Positions 42,258-52,373 of a DNA stretch of 64,000 bases are shown in pieces. Position 1 is the stretch's first letter. The number at the start of each line of letters is the position of its first letter. The position numbers and the translations under genes were made by a program. Below the pieces are notes generated by a model that saw only the letters and a list, made by a program, of their open reading frames with translations, did not search any database and was not told the origin of the DNA. Origin of the DNA: an uncultured bacterium. GTDB lineage: Bacteria > Babelota > Babeliae > Babelales > Vermiphilaceae. The stretch covers positions 1 to 64,000 of the forward strand of contig OY969561.1 of assembly GCA_963701085.1 (NCBI GenBank). The letters are read 5' to 3'.

Positions 42258-43250
42258 ATGAGGCTGCTTAGATTGATATTGTGTTTGATTTTTGTTTGTG
42301 TTGCCAGTAATGCTCAAGAGACATTTTTTTCAAAAGTAATCATCTGGGGTCATCCATTACATTCTCATACACACTCATATATTCATGGAGCTTTTTATCG
42401 TGCTTTTAAGCACCTTGGCTATGAGGTTTATTGGGTAGATAGCCTAGATGCAATGCACAATGTTGATATTCATAATGCATTGTTTATTACTGAGGGGCAG
42501 GTTGATGCAGACATGCCAAGACGGCATGATTGTTATTATATACTTCATAATTGGGATCCTGAGAATTATTGGGAGTTATTTGATGATAATCGTTGCATTC
42601 TTTTGCAGGTATATACAAATGAGTGTTTATCTTATGTTACCGAAAAAGTGGATGATTATATTTATAGTAATAGCAAAGAAAAAATGATTTTTATGCCTTG
42701 GGCAACAGATTTACTGCCATATGAAATTGATGATATAAAGAATGGTTGCAATAAAAAAATCAAAAAAGATAATGCTATTACGTGGGTTGGTACTATTGGC
42801 GATGGGAGGTTTGGCAACCAGAATGAGTTAGCTGTGTTTAAAAAAGCTTGTGCAGAAAATAATATTCTATTTAACCATAGGGTCAATGTACCCGAGGAAG
42901 AAGGAATTTCTTTAATTCAAACTTCATGTATGGCGCCAGCTATACAGGGATCCTACCAATGTGAAAAGGGTTATATTCCTTGTAGGATTTTTAAAAATAT
43001 TAGTTATGGGCAATGGGGCATAACCAATAATAAAACGGTGTATGATTTGTTCAAGGGTAAAATAATTTATAATTCTGATACATATCAGTTATTTTATGAT
43101 GCCCAGGAATATATTGCTCAAGCATCAATAGAAGAGTTATATGAATTAATGGATTTTGTAAGAAATAATCATACCTATATTAATCGTATTGAAACATTAT
43201 TAATGTTTATGAAAAAGGCATTACATATAAAGGAAGAATATGAAGAATAA
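42258..43250 (+). CDS. Putative glycosyltransferase (GT-B-like C-terminus) with signal peptide
   Basis: AFKHLGYEV, YIPCRIFKNISYG, VRNNHTYINR resemble CgeB/Glyco_trans_1_2-type termini; glycan locus context. Confidence 0.55.
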   Translation: MRLLRLILCLIFVCVASNAQETFFSKVIIWGHPLHSHTHSYIHGAFYRAFKHLGYEVYWVDSLDAMHNVDIHNALFITEGQVDADMPRRHDCYYILHNWDPENYWELFDDNRCILLQVYTNECLSYVTEKVDDYIYSNSKEKMIFMPWATDLLPYEIDDIKNGCNKKIKKDNAITWVGTIGDGRFGNQNELAVFKKACAENNILFNHRVNVPEEEGISLIQTSCMAPAIQGSYQCEKGYIPCRIFKNISYGQWGITNNKTVYDLFKGKIIYNSDTYQLFYDAQEYIAQASIEELYELMDFVRNNHTYINRIETLLMFMKKALHIKEEYEE

Positions 43251-44019
43251 TAAGGCATTGTTCGCTATTTTTTTGTGTAATTTTTTATCAGTTTATGCTG
43301 ATGATAGCATTAATAGAATATTAGATACATATAGAGATTATTTGGAGCAGGGTACGTATGTTGGATTTGATTGGTCTCATTATATAAAAAAGCCTGAATC
43401 GCGTTATTATACCTTTAAAATGGCATTTGAGCATTTTAAGGAAAGTAGTGGACGTGTTGTTGTTGAATTAGGGACATCGAGGAGTTTTGTGCATGGTGGG
43501 CATCCTGGATGTAATCTTGATGATATACAGTATTGGACTCCCAAAGATCCAAAAAATTGGGACTGGGGTGCAGGATTTTTTACGCGTATGGCAGCTGAAT
43601 GTTTATCTCATCTTAATCCAATAATTCATACGGTTGACCTTATACCAGCTCATATTGAGCGTTGTAAGGTAATTACTGCTGATCTGAATAATTATCTTAT
43701 GTATCACGTTGCATCTTCAGTTGATTTTCTAAAAAACTGTGCACCGCAGAGTATTGATTTGCTTTATGTTGATACAGGTGATATGACGCCAATAGAGCCA
43801 ACAGCGCAATTACAATTGGAAGAGGCTAAGGTTATTGTGGCGCAGGACTTATTGGCACCAAGTGGCATAATTTTAATTGATGATGTGCGTAATCAAACAC
43901 CAAAGCAATATGGAGAAACATCTGAGTTGGGCAAGGCAAAATATTCCATTCCTTATTTTCTTGCCCATGGTTTTGAAATTATTGCTGATGAATATCAGGT
44001 AATTTTACAAAAAAAGTAG
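43240..44019 (+). CDS. Class I SAM-dependent methyltransferase with signal peptide
   Basis: VVELGT, IDLLYVDT, GIILIDD motifs. Confidence 0.75.
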   Translation: MKNNKALFAIFLCNFLSVYADDSINRILDTYRDYLEQGTYVGFDWSHYIKKPESRYYTFKMAFEHFKESSGRVVVELGTSRSFVHGGHPGCNLDDIQYWTPKDPKNWDWGAGFFTRMAAECLSHLNPIIHTVDLIPAHIERCKVITADLNNYLMYHVASSVDFLKNCAPQSIDLLYVDTGDMTPIEPTAQLQLEEAKVIVAQDLLAPSGIILIDDVRNQTPKQYGETSELGKAKYSIPYFLAHGFEIIADEYQVILQKK

Positions 44020-44020
44020 T

Positions 44021-44719
44021 TTAATTGTTTGTGTTCATGAATAAAACATTACCATGCCAATGAGGCTGTATGTCAGACCATATTTCTATAAAGTCATGAT
44101 CATTCATCCATGAGGTAAGTTCATCATACATGACGCAGTTTTCCCAGAAACGTTGTAAATTTACTTCTGTATAAATAAGTTTTACATTTTTTAATGAATT
44201 GAGTGCTCCTTGTAGAGCATTCAATTCATTTCCTTCCATATCAAGCCATAAAAAATCAATGGCACTCACATTATTGTTGTTTGCCCACTCATCTAATGTA
44301 GTAACTTGAACGGTAATGGGATGATCTAAGTCTGAGTGGAAATAGTCTGTATTAAAAGAATCTTGTGGCCGTAAAAGTGAACTTGCTCCGCCGGCTAGAT
44401 AAAAAAGAAATTCACCTTTTGTGTTTGATAGTGCAACTTGTGTAGCCGTGACATTGTCGTTTTTAGTCGCGACTATTTGAAGTGCTGCAAATGATTCTGG
44501 TGATGGTTCAAAGGCATAAATTTTTCCTTGTGGCCAAAGCTGACTCATCCATTGAGTATCTTCACCAAATTGTGCACCAGCTTCGATAATTATTGGATTT
44601 GATGGTAATATCTTTTTGAGTAATACATATGGCACTGCTTCACCTATTGCGTGAGTAATGTTGGTTTGTGCTGCTAAAAACAATAATAATAATGTGTGTA
44701 ATATTTTTTGTGATTGCAT
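44021..44719 (-). CDS. FkbM-family methyltransferase with signal peptide
   Basis: IIEAGAQFG, YAFEP, TTLD, IDFLWLDMEGNELNALQG; likely start MQSQK after AGGGA RBS. Confidence 0.88.
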   Translation of the reverse strand: MQSQKILHTLLLLFLAAQTNITHAIGEAVPYVLLKKILPSNPIIIEAGAQFGEDTQWMSQLWPQGKIYAFEPSPESFAALQIVATKNDNVTATQVALSNTKGEFLFYLAGGASSLLRPQDSFNTDYFHSDLDHPITVQVTTLDEWANNNNVSAIDFLWLDMEGNELNALQGALNSLKNVKLIYTEVNLQRFWENCVMYDELTSWMNDHDFIEIWSDIQPHWHGNVLFMNTNN

Positions 44720-44738
44720 GACTTCCCTTTTTTTTAGA

Positions 44739-45836
44739 TTAATGATTATCGGTGATTTGGCTAAAAATTGACTTCCATTTTTTGATTGTTGCAGCGCGAT
44801 GCTTTTGCGCATACAGTTTTATTTTTGTGCGCAATGCATCAAAGTCAGCTGAATCAATTTTACGTTTAAGATCATCCCACGAATCAAAATATGTTATGAT
44901 TTCACTGTTTTCTCTATTGTACCATTCTGCGAGTTGATAATTGTTTTTAAAATAATTACCATTTTGCCACCAAATTTTTCCTGTGTCTAAGTTGTTAATC
45001 ATAAAGGTAATGGATGGTATGAAGTAGGGTAATCCATTCTGTATGTTTTCAAAGAATGCAACATTAGACCATGCGTAGGGAATATGAATTATGCCTTTAA
45101 AGTCTTTTAAATCACTTGGCCCATTGTATCTTCCATTGTATGCGTTGACTCCTTGGCGTGAACATTCTTGTATAAGATTCATAGATATATCATTAAGATA
45201 AGGTGGAATGAAGAATGTTTGTGATTTATCTATATATGCAGGAATGATAGACTGATTGTTCTGTGTAGTAATAATACCACTTGGTTGTATTGCTTCATGG
45301 TTAAAGATAATGATTTTTTGTTGTGCATAAAAAGATTCAAAAGCGGTGTAAGGAATAGTATAGACGTTTTTTTTGTTTCTAGCTTGTTGAAAAAGATGAT
45401 AAAATTCTTTATCAGGAAATTCACAGTCCAAGCTTGCGAGGTCAGCGTAATCAAAGCGATTGCACACCCAAATAATGAGAGGTTTTGCATAATTGTTTTG
45501 TAAGAAAATTCGTGCAAGTGGTGCCGTGTCAGAGATGATAATTGCGTCAAATTGGTTGAAGTAATCTTTGTGTTTATTCCATATGTTTTCTGCACGTTCA
45601 TGGCCAATATTATAAAGAGTATTTCCCGTTGATGTACCATCAAATTCTTTTGGAGCTAAATCAGAAATAAAAAGAGATGTTACATTAAATTGTAGTTCTT
45701 GCGCTATTGTCTCTATTTCTCGCAAGCATCCTTTATGAAAACTTAGGTGCAAAACATATAATGAGGCACTACAGTAAGTGTGCATAACACCTAATAATAT
45801 ACAAAGAGATAAGAGGTATTTTATTAGGAAATTCAT
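44739..45836 (-). CDS. Secreted hypothetical protein, possibly a glycosyltransferase
   Basis: Signal peptide; located in the glycan operon; FFENIQNGLPYFIP and YFDSWDDL resemble GT-B C-termini. Confidence 0.55.
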   Translation of the reverse strand: MNFLIKYLLSLCILLGVMHTYCSASLYVLHLSFHKGCLREIETIAQELQFNVTSLFISDLAPKEFDGTSTGNTLYNIGHERAENIWNKHKDYFNQFDAIIISDTAPLARIFLQNNYAKPLIIWVCNRFDYADLASLDCEFPDKEFYHLFQQARNKKNVYTIPYTAFESFYAQQKIIIFNHEAIQPSGIITTQNNQSIIPAYIDKSQTFFIPPYLNDISMNLIQECSRQGVNAYNGRYNGPSDLKDFKGIIHIPYAWSNVAFFENIQNGLPYFIPSITFMINNLDTGKIWWQNGNYFKNNYQLAEWYNRENSEIITYFDSWDDLKRKIDSADFDALRTKIKLYAQKHRAATIKKWKSIFSQITDNH

Positions 45837-45838
45837 TT

Positions 45839-46648
45839 TTATTCTCTTATTTCGGCATGATTTTTATCAAGTGCTAATAATTTAGGAGAGCAAGTAGGGT
45901 ATCCTTTTTTTTCCCCGTTTTCTGGATAGCAGTATGAACGATCAAGAATTATGCTTGGTTGATTATCGATAAAATAACGATTTAAATGGCTTTCATCATG
46001 CCATATGGCGATGTAATTATGTTGTTCAATATCGGTGAAAATGTTGTTTGTGATACTATCTGCCATTTTTATAAATTCACTTGTTGTTCCTCCGTAAAAA
46101 CCACCAGCAAAATAATGAGTTCCTGAATCGTACGTTATGTAGGCTGTAGATTTTTCATTGCGATCATAGGGTGGTTCATTACCCCACAAAGGTTTATTTT
46201 TTTCAAAACCAGGATGTTGTGTTGCAACACGATCTGCTAAGATTTCATCACCTTCAGTTCCAACAAAAAGCATATCCGCATCCGTTGCAAACATGTAATC
46301 GGTTTGAGCAAAGAGATTTTTATGTTGATTGTATATTGAAAAGCGCATGAGGGTGTCATAAGGCCAGCCAAGTCGTTTTTGATAGGTAATAACAACGATA
46401 TCCTTGTAGGGGCTTTTTAGCAAACTATTGAGGCCATGAGCTGTACTATCAGTAAAAATGAAATAGGTTTTTTTATGATCAGGACAGAAGTATTTTTCTG
46501 CAGAATCAAGAAGTGGTTTGACGAATGCAATATACTTACCTGTTGCAACAATACATAATCCAATATGTAATGGGTTGCTATTAAGTGAAAACAATGTGCA
46601 GAGCAGTAGAAGCGATATATGTTTAATAGAGCAATTCATAATTTTCAT
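45839..46648 (-). CDS. Glycosyltransferase family 6 (ABO/alpha-1,3-Gal/GalNAc transferase-like)
   Basis: IVATGKY, YFIFTD, WPYDTLMRF, DAD, YFAGGFYGG, AIWHDESHLNRYF, LALDKNH. Confidence 0.9.
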   Translation of the reverse strand: MKIMNCSIKHISLLLLCTLFSLNSNPLHIGLCIVATGKYIAFVKPLLDSAEKYFCPDHKKTYFIFTDSTAHGLNSLLKSPYKDIVVITYQKRLGWPYDTLMRFSIYNQHKNLFAQTDYMFATDADMLFVGTEGDEILADRVATQHPGFEKNKPLWGNEPPYDRNEKSTAYITYDSGTHYFAGGFYGGTTSEFIKMADSITNNIFTDIEQHNYIAIWHDESHLNRYFIDNQPSIILDRSYCYPENGEKKGYPTCSPKLLALDKNHAEIRE

Positions 46649-46659
46649 TGATTTCCTTT

Positions 46660-47556
46660 TTATCGAAGTATGAACGTTGGTTCATACTCAGTATGTACAG
46701 CTTTGTTTTTTATTTTGTAGAGTGGAGAAGTGTCCATTTTGTAGCCAGCTTCAAATTTTTCTAAAAGTTCTTCTGGTGTATAAAGGTTCATATCGCGATT
46801 GAGGATATTTATCGTTTGAACTTTATTGAGTGGTATGTTGAGTATTTTTGAATTTTCATAAAAAAGCCCGATGGGGCTTGGCGCTTTATGTTGTACCCAC
46901 CATGTGGCCCATTTTCCTTCTAAGAGATTGGGGTTTGTGTAATCAAGTGATTTAAAGAGAGAAATGAGATTTTTTTTACGGTATAAGGTCATATCGACGG
47001 TGTTTGGGTAATGCCAATCTTTTTCTCCTGATTCAAATTCCCATGCAAAAATAGTTTTATAGATGTGCGTGAGTGGTGGTATTTTTTGTGTAGCATTTTC
47101 TGTATAGCAGTAATCAAGATGTGATCCAAGTTTTAAGTAGAAGCCATAAGCATTTGTTTTTTCAAGCCAGTCAATGCATTCATGGATTATAATGTTATCT
47201 TTTACTACATTGTCATCAACAGCAAAGATGACATAATCAGAAGATGATGTTTCAATTGCTTGAATTGTTAATGTTTTAAAATCGCTGATACTTTGTTGAT
47301 GTAAAAATTGTACATGGGGAAATTGTGATGCTACTTCATTAAAAGCGGCATCATACCGATCGCTACTTGTGCGGTAAATCACTGCTGTTGAATTGATATC
47401 AGTTGCATATAAGTTCAATGATTCGAGGAGTGCATAAAGTTGTAGTGGTCGATCAAAAGAAAAAATTATAAGATCGGCAGCATATCGTTCTGAGGCTGTC
47501 TCTAGACAAAAAATATGAGTAAACAACAAGGACAGTATAACTATAGTTCTTTTCAT
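46660..47556 (-). CDS. Putative GT-A fold glycosyltransferase with signal peptide
   Basis: IIFSFDRPLQLYALLESL, FAVDD; homologous to the C-terminal half of 47573-49060. Confidence 0.6.
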   Translation of the reverse strand: MKRTIVILSLLFTHIFCLETASERYAADLIIFSFDRPLQLYALLESLNLYATDINSTAVIYRTSSDRYDAAFNEVASQFPHVQFLHQQSISDFKTLTIQAIETSSSDYVIFAVDDNVVKDNIIIHECIDWLEKTNAYGFYLKLGSHLDYCYTENATQKIPPLTHIYKTIFAWEFESGEKDWHYPNTVDMTLYRKKNLISLFKSLDYTNPNLLEGKWATWWVQHKAPSPIGLFYENSKILNIPLNKVQTINILNRDMNLYTPEELLEKFEAGYKMDTSPLYKIKNKAVHTEYEPTFILR

Positions 47557-47572
47557 GTGTCACTCTTCATTT

Positions 47573-49060
47573 TTATGGAATTAATGTAATATGGCTTTCA
47601 TAAAAACAGAGGCCAAGACGGTCAAGGTTTCCTTCATTGGCCCATACCGCCTCTAATCCATTTGGCGTGAGATCATAATGACTTTGTAATACTTGAGTAA
47701 GAGATTCTGTTTTCTTGTGAAGGACAAGATCAAGTGAGTTAGCACATGACCATTTGTCTTGAGCAAGGGCAAAGTTCCAGGTAAAGATATTTTCTCGACA
47801 CTCTACTAATGGTATATTGGGGTAGGTGCGCATACCATTGTTTGCATTAAGTTTAAAGTAAAAAGCGTATGTGTCCGTATCCTCTAGGTTTTTTATACAT
47901 TCATGCAGGGATAATGGTTGTTGAAATTGTGCATCTCCCTTTGCAAAAAGAATGTAGTCGTTGTTTGTTTTTTGATAAAGATCAAACAGAGAAATGCTAA
48001 AATTGCTTCGGTGATCACTGATTAGACAAAATTCTATTGCGGGATATGATTCTTGGATGGTGACATATTCTTTTGATTCTTGCGCGGATAATGGTCGGTA
48101 CATGACAAATATTTGATCAATGCCATTCACGTACATTGTTAAAGATTCGAATAATTGAGTAAGCTTGTTTGGGGTTTGCGCAAAAATAATAGCATCTGCC
48201 TTTACATGTTTGTGATTTCGTTTGTTTGTTGGTTTTTTTGAGAGACAATTATAGCGTTTTTTCTTTTTAATAAGTTGGGCTAAATATGCCTGAAGTTGTC
48301 TGCTGACATGATGGTCGCTGATGCTGTTTTCATCATTATAAATATACATAATGTCAGAAATAAATTGGTGACGCTTTCCTGCCATTTCTATCATGGGAAA
48401 CATCATAGCCATGTCCCAGGTCATAGAATAAAATTTTCCTAAGTATAATAAGTCTTCTAGTTTTATTTCTTTAAATAACCATGCATAAAACGTGCGTAAA
48501 TGAGTTGGTAAATGTTGAAAATCTCTGAACGCATTGTTTTCTACTATGTAATCAGGCATTGGTGATGCCCAGCCTCGTATTCCTGATGGATGTAGTTGAA
48601 ATTGTCCATAGGTAAGCCATATTTCACCTGATGAATAAACTTCGTTGAGACGCGACAATACGTTATCATCAGAGAACCAATCATCTCCGTCAAGTGTGAC
48701 AATAATTTCATCATCATTACAGCTATGAATCATGTTGTAAAGATTATGCAGCGCGCCTTTGCGAGTTTGGTTTTTTATAAGCGCTATTTTATTATCTGGA
48801 TCATTGTGGATGAGGTATTCTTCTACAAGGTCTCCTGTTCCATCAGGAGAGCAATCATCAGTATATATGACACGAAAATTCGTATAATTTTGGTAGAGCA
48901 CTGATTGAAGGTTGTGAGCATACCATTTTTGATTATTGTATGAGGGGATAACGATTACAAATGGTTTTTCTGGATAAGAGCTACTATTTGCTAAGCTTGG
49001 AATGAAAAATAATAAAGATAGTGTAGTGAAAACAGATAAGATGACTGTAAAAAGTTTCAT
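47573..49060 (-). CDS. GT2 glycosyltransferase with a second, degenerate GT-like domain; signal peptide
   Basis: VIVIPSYN, YTDDCSPDGT, TLDGDDW. Confidence 0.85.
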   Translation of the reverse strand: MKLFTVILSVFTTLSLLFFIPSLANSSSYPEKPFVIVIPSYNNQKWYAHNLQSVLYQNYTNFRVIYTDDCSPDGTGDLVEEYLIHNDPDNKIALIKNQTRKGALHNLYNMIHSCNDDEIIVTLDGDDWFSDDNVLSRLNEVYSSGEIWLTYGQFQLHPSGIRGWASPMPDYIVENNAFRDFQHLPTHLRTFYAWLFKEIKLEDLLYLGKFYSMTWDMAMMFPMIEMAGKRHQFISDIMYIYNDENSISDHHVSRQLQAYLAQLIKKKKRYNCLSKKPTNKRNHKHVKADAIIFAQTPNKLTQLFESLTMYVNGIDQIFVMYRPLSAQESKEYVTIQESYPAIEFCLISDHRSNFSISLFDLYQKTNNDYILFAKGDAQFQQPLSLHECIKNLEDTDTYAFYFKLNANNGMRTYPNIPLVECRENIFTWNFALAQDKWSCANSLDLVLHKKTESLTQVLQSHYDLTPNGLEAVWANEGNLDRLGLCFYESHITLIP

Positions 49061-49233
49061 GTAATTCTTCCTTTTTTTGTAATAGTGTCTGTAATTCTTA
49101 TGTTTGTCTTACCATGTGCTATTAGTCGTGTCAATTATAAACAGTTGAGTCTTGATTTGTGGTGTGTCTTATTGTTATTTTAAATATAGATAATTGGAGA
49201 TATTGTTAGGGAATAAATTTTTAAATAAGAGGC

Positions 49234-50244
49234 ATGATGTTGCACAATAGTTCTTTTTTACCGCAGTTTATGTTTTGGATATGCATTTTTTCATCAGCAA
49301 TGATATTTTCTATGCAAAAAGATGCAAAAATTTATGTTGCTGGACATCGGGGGTTAGTTGGTTCAGCTATTATGCGGGCTCTCAACGCTCAAGGTTATGC
49401 AAATATAATAGTCCGCGGTTCTTTTGAGTTGGATTTACGTAATCAGCAGGCAGTGAATGAATTTTTTGAACAGGAGCGACCAGAATATGTTTTTCTTGCA
49501 GCGGCAAAGGTTGGAGGTATTCATGCAAATAATATTTATCCTGCCCAATTTATTTACGATAATATAACTATTCAAACTAATATTATTCATGCAGCATATA
49601 TGAATAACGTAAAAAAACTTCTTTTTTTAGGGTCTTCATGTATTTATCCGCGTGATTGTCCTCAGCCAATTAAGGAAGAATATCTTTTAACATCCTCTCT
49701 TGAAAAAACAAATGAGGCTTATGCAATCGCAAAAATAGCCGGCCTAAAAATGTGTGAATATTATAATAAACAGTATGGAACTCATTTTATTGCCGTAATG
49801 CCCACTAATCTTTATGGACCATATGACAATTTTGATTTGGAATCATCGCATGTGATTCCTGCTTTAATTGTAAAAATTTATAATGCCTATCGAGCCAATA
49901 GTCCAACATGTGAAGTGTGGGGAACTGGTAATCCACGGCGTGAATTTTTACATGTTGATGATCTTGCGCAGGCACTCTTGTTGTTAATGAATACATATGA
50001 TAGTAATGGTATTGTTAATATTGGTTCAGGACAAGACCTTTCAATTCGTGAGCTTGTTACACTTATTAAAAATAGTATCGGGTATGAAGGCGAAATTGTG
50101 TGGAACAGTTCTCAGCCTGATGGGACTCCGCGCAAGTTACTCAATATTGACACGTTAATAAGTATGGGTTGGCAGCCACAAATATCTTTGTTTGATGGAC
50201 TGATCGATACGATATCCTGGTGCAAGAATAATGGTGTTTTTTAG
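49234..50244 (+). CDS. fcl: GDP-L-fucose synthase with a hydrophobic N-terminal extension
   Basis: AGHRGLVGSA, AAAKVGGI, LGSSCIYP, YAIAK, PTNLYGP, SHVIPAL, WGTG..RREF. Confidence 0.95.
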   Translation: MMLHNSSFLPQFMFWICIFSSAMIFSMQKDAKIYVAGHRGLVGSAIMRALNAQGYANIIVRGSFELDLRNQQAVNEFFEQERPEYVFLAAAKVGGIHANNIYPAQFIYDNITIQTNIIHAAYMNNVKKLLFLGSSCIYPRDCPQPIKEEYLLTSSLEKTNEAYAIAKIAGLKMCEYYNKQYGTHFIAVMPTNLYGPYDNFDLESSHVIPALIVKIYNAYRANSPTCEVWGTGNPRREFLHVDDLAQALLLLMNTYDSNGIVNIGSGQDLSIRELVTLIKNSIGYEGEIVWNSSQPDGTPRKLLNIDTLISMGWQPQISLFDGLIDTISWCKNNGVF

Positions 50245-50284
50245 TTAAATGTATGTTTTTTGGACACTTTTTTAGGGGTGAATA

Positions 50285-51391
50285 ATGAAAAAGCAGAATT
50301 ACGTATTATTATTAGTTTTCTTTTCTTATTTTTCGTATGCATTAGACAAAATAGCAATGATTATTGGGGTAACTGGTCAGGATGGGGCATATCTTTCTGA
50401 ATTTTTACTTAATAAAGGGTATATCGTTCATGGTATTAAGCGAAGAGCTTCTCTTATTAATACGCAACGGATTGATCATTTATATGAGAATCCTGATTAT
50501 TATGGGCGGTTTTTTTTACATTATGGAGATGTGACCGATAGTTCTAACATAATTCGTCTTATTCAGGAGATTCAACCAGATGAGATTTATAATTTATCCG
50601 CGCAAAGTCATGTGCAGGTTTCATTTGAAATGCCATTATATACGGCAGAGGTTGATGCTCTTGGGCCGTTGCGAATTCTTGAAGCGATACGTATTGTGAG
50701 CGGTGCAAAAAAAATAAAATTTTATCAGGCATCAACAAGTGAAATGTTTGGTTTAGTTCAAGAGATACCACAAACTGAAACTACGCCTTTTTATCCTCGA
50801 TCTCCCTATGGTGTTGCAAAATTGTATGGGCATTGGATTACTAAAAATTATCGTGAGTCATATGGAATATTTGCTTGTTCAGGAATTCTTTTCAATCATG
50901 AATCACCTGTTCGAGGCGAAACTTTTGTAACACGCAAAGTTTCACGTGCGGTAGCACGGATAGCATATGGCTTACAGGATGTCCTCTATCTGGGTAATTT
51001 GGAGGCGCTGCGCGATTGGGGCCATGCAAGAGACTATGTTGAGGCTATGTGGCTCATGTTGCAACAAGATACTCCGGATGATTTTGTTATTGCTTCAGGT
51101 GAAAATCATTCAGTAAGAGAGTTTGTTGAGCGTGCCTTTGCAGAAATTGGCGTAGATATAGCGTGGGAGGGAAAAGGTCTTGATGAAGTTGGTTATGATC
51201 GAAAAACAGGTAGAGAATTAATATTTGTTGATGCGCGTTATTTTAGGCCAGCAGAAGTTGATCTGCTGATTGGAGATTCCGCAAAAGCACGTAACGTGTT
51301 AGGTTGGCAAGCCAGAACTACCTTTACCCAATTGGTTAAAGAAATGGTAGATCATGAACTTAAGAGCTTGAAAAAAATGTGCGGTCATTAG
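50285..51391 (+). CDS. gmd: GDP-mannose 4,6-dehydratase with a signal-like N-terminal extension
   Basis: [61 protein letters not shown]. Confidence 0.96.
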   Translation: MKKQNYVLLLVFFSYFSYALDKIAMIIGVTGQDGAYLSEFLLNKGYIVHGIKRRASLINTQRIDHLYENPDYYGRFFLHYGDVTDSSNIIRLIQEIQPDEIYNLSAQSHVQVSFEMPLYTAEVDALGPLRILEAIRIVSGAKKIKFYQASTSEMFGLVQEIPQTETTPFYPRSPYGVAKLYGHWITKNYRESYGIFACSGILFNHESPVRGETFVTRKVSRAVARIAYGLQDVLYLGNLEALRDWGHARDYVEAMWLMLQQDTPDDFVIASGENHSVREFVERAFAEIGVDIAWEGKGLDEVGYDRKTGRELIFVDARYFRPAEVDLLIGDSAKARNVLGWQARTTFTQLVKEMVDHELKSLKKMCGH

Positions 51392-51400
51392 ATATGGGCA

Positions 51401-51697
51401 TTAATGGCGCTCAAAGCTTGGTTGTTTCTCTAAGCTATGTTTTCTGGAGCTATATTTGTCTGTTTCTTCTGTTCCATTATGTGTGTCTAATGAAATTTTC
51501 TCATCTGCTGTTTTGGCACAATCATCATTATCATTGTTATTATAGTTGAGTTGTCCAGGAAAAGTGATTGTGGTTTTTTCGCGATATACCCATTCGGTCA
51601 GTGTTTTTTTTGTGATAGAGAATGAGCGTTTGATTTCAATTGCTGATAAAATTGATGGGACAAGTGCACTTGTGAGCAATAGATGTTTGTAGTTCAT
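51401..51697 (-). CDS. Small secreted hypothetical protein
   Basis: AAGGA RBS before MNYKHLLLTSALVPSILSA. Confidence 0.6.
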   Translation of the reverse strand: MNYKHLLLTSALVPSILSAIEIKRSFSITKKTLTEWVYREKTTITFPGQLNYNNNDNDDCAKTADEKISLDTHNGTEETDKYSSRKHSLEKQPSFERH

Positions 51698-51821
51698 ATC
51701 ATTCCTTTTGTGTATAGATATCATTTTTTTTATAGCAGCATTAGTTATTGCTAATTTATAGAATAAAAATCTAGGCTTGTAGAGAAAATGTATTTTTTAT
51801 GCCTATTATAAAGAGGTTGGT

Positions 51822-52304
51822 ATGAAAAAAAAATATGTAAGTTTTTTGTTTACAACGTTGCTGATTGTTGTTTCAGGAAGGCTTGCTTTTGGTGTTATTG
51901 AGGAAAAAAAAGAACGCCAGCAAATAGACGAGCAACGTAAAAATAATATTGCGCGCAAAGGAGTTGCACAAAAGTGGTTGTGGAACAGTGCAAAAGTGGT
52001 TGGAGCGGTGGCGTTGGTTGGGTTGGCTGTTTATAGTTTTTTTCAAACATCACCTGCAACAACACCGATGCTTTTGCCTGTTACTGGTGATGTAAGCTTG
52101 CCATTATTATCACCGCACGTAGAACCAAAGTCCGTGCCTAATCTCACAAAAGAACAATATGAAAAATATAAGCGCGCATCGAATGCTTATGGGGCAGCAG
52201 CTATTTGGTTTAGTCTTCTAGCAGTAATAGATTATCCATTTTTTGTTCCCTATGCAGCAGTCACTTATTTGGGAAGTTTGTATTATGGTGCAAAGGCATT
52301 GTAG
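51822..52304 (+). CDS. Secreted/membrane hypothetical protein
   Basis: GAGG RBS, signal peptide, further hydrophobic segments. Confidence 0.65.
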   Translation: MKKKYVSFLFTTLLIVVSGRLAFGVIEEKKERQQIDEQRKNNIARKGVAQKWLWNSAKVVGAVALVGLAVYSFFQTSPATTPMLLPVTGDVSLPLLSPHVEPKSVPNLTKEQYEKYKRASNAYGAAAIWFSLLAVIDYPFFVPYAAVTYLGSLYYGAKAL

Positions 52305-52373
52305 CCTCATTTAAAACCAATTGCATGGGATGAAATTAAGATAATTCCTGAAGATCTACCGTATTAATTTGGT

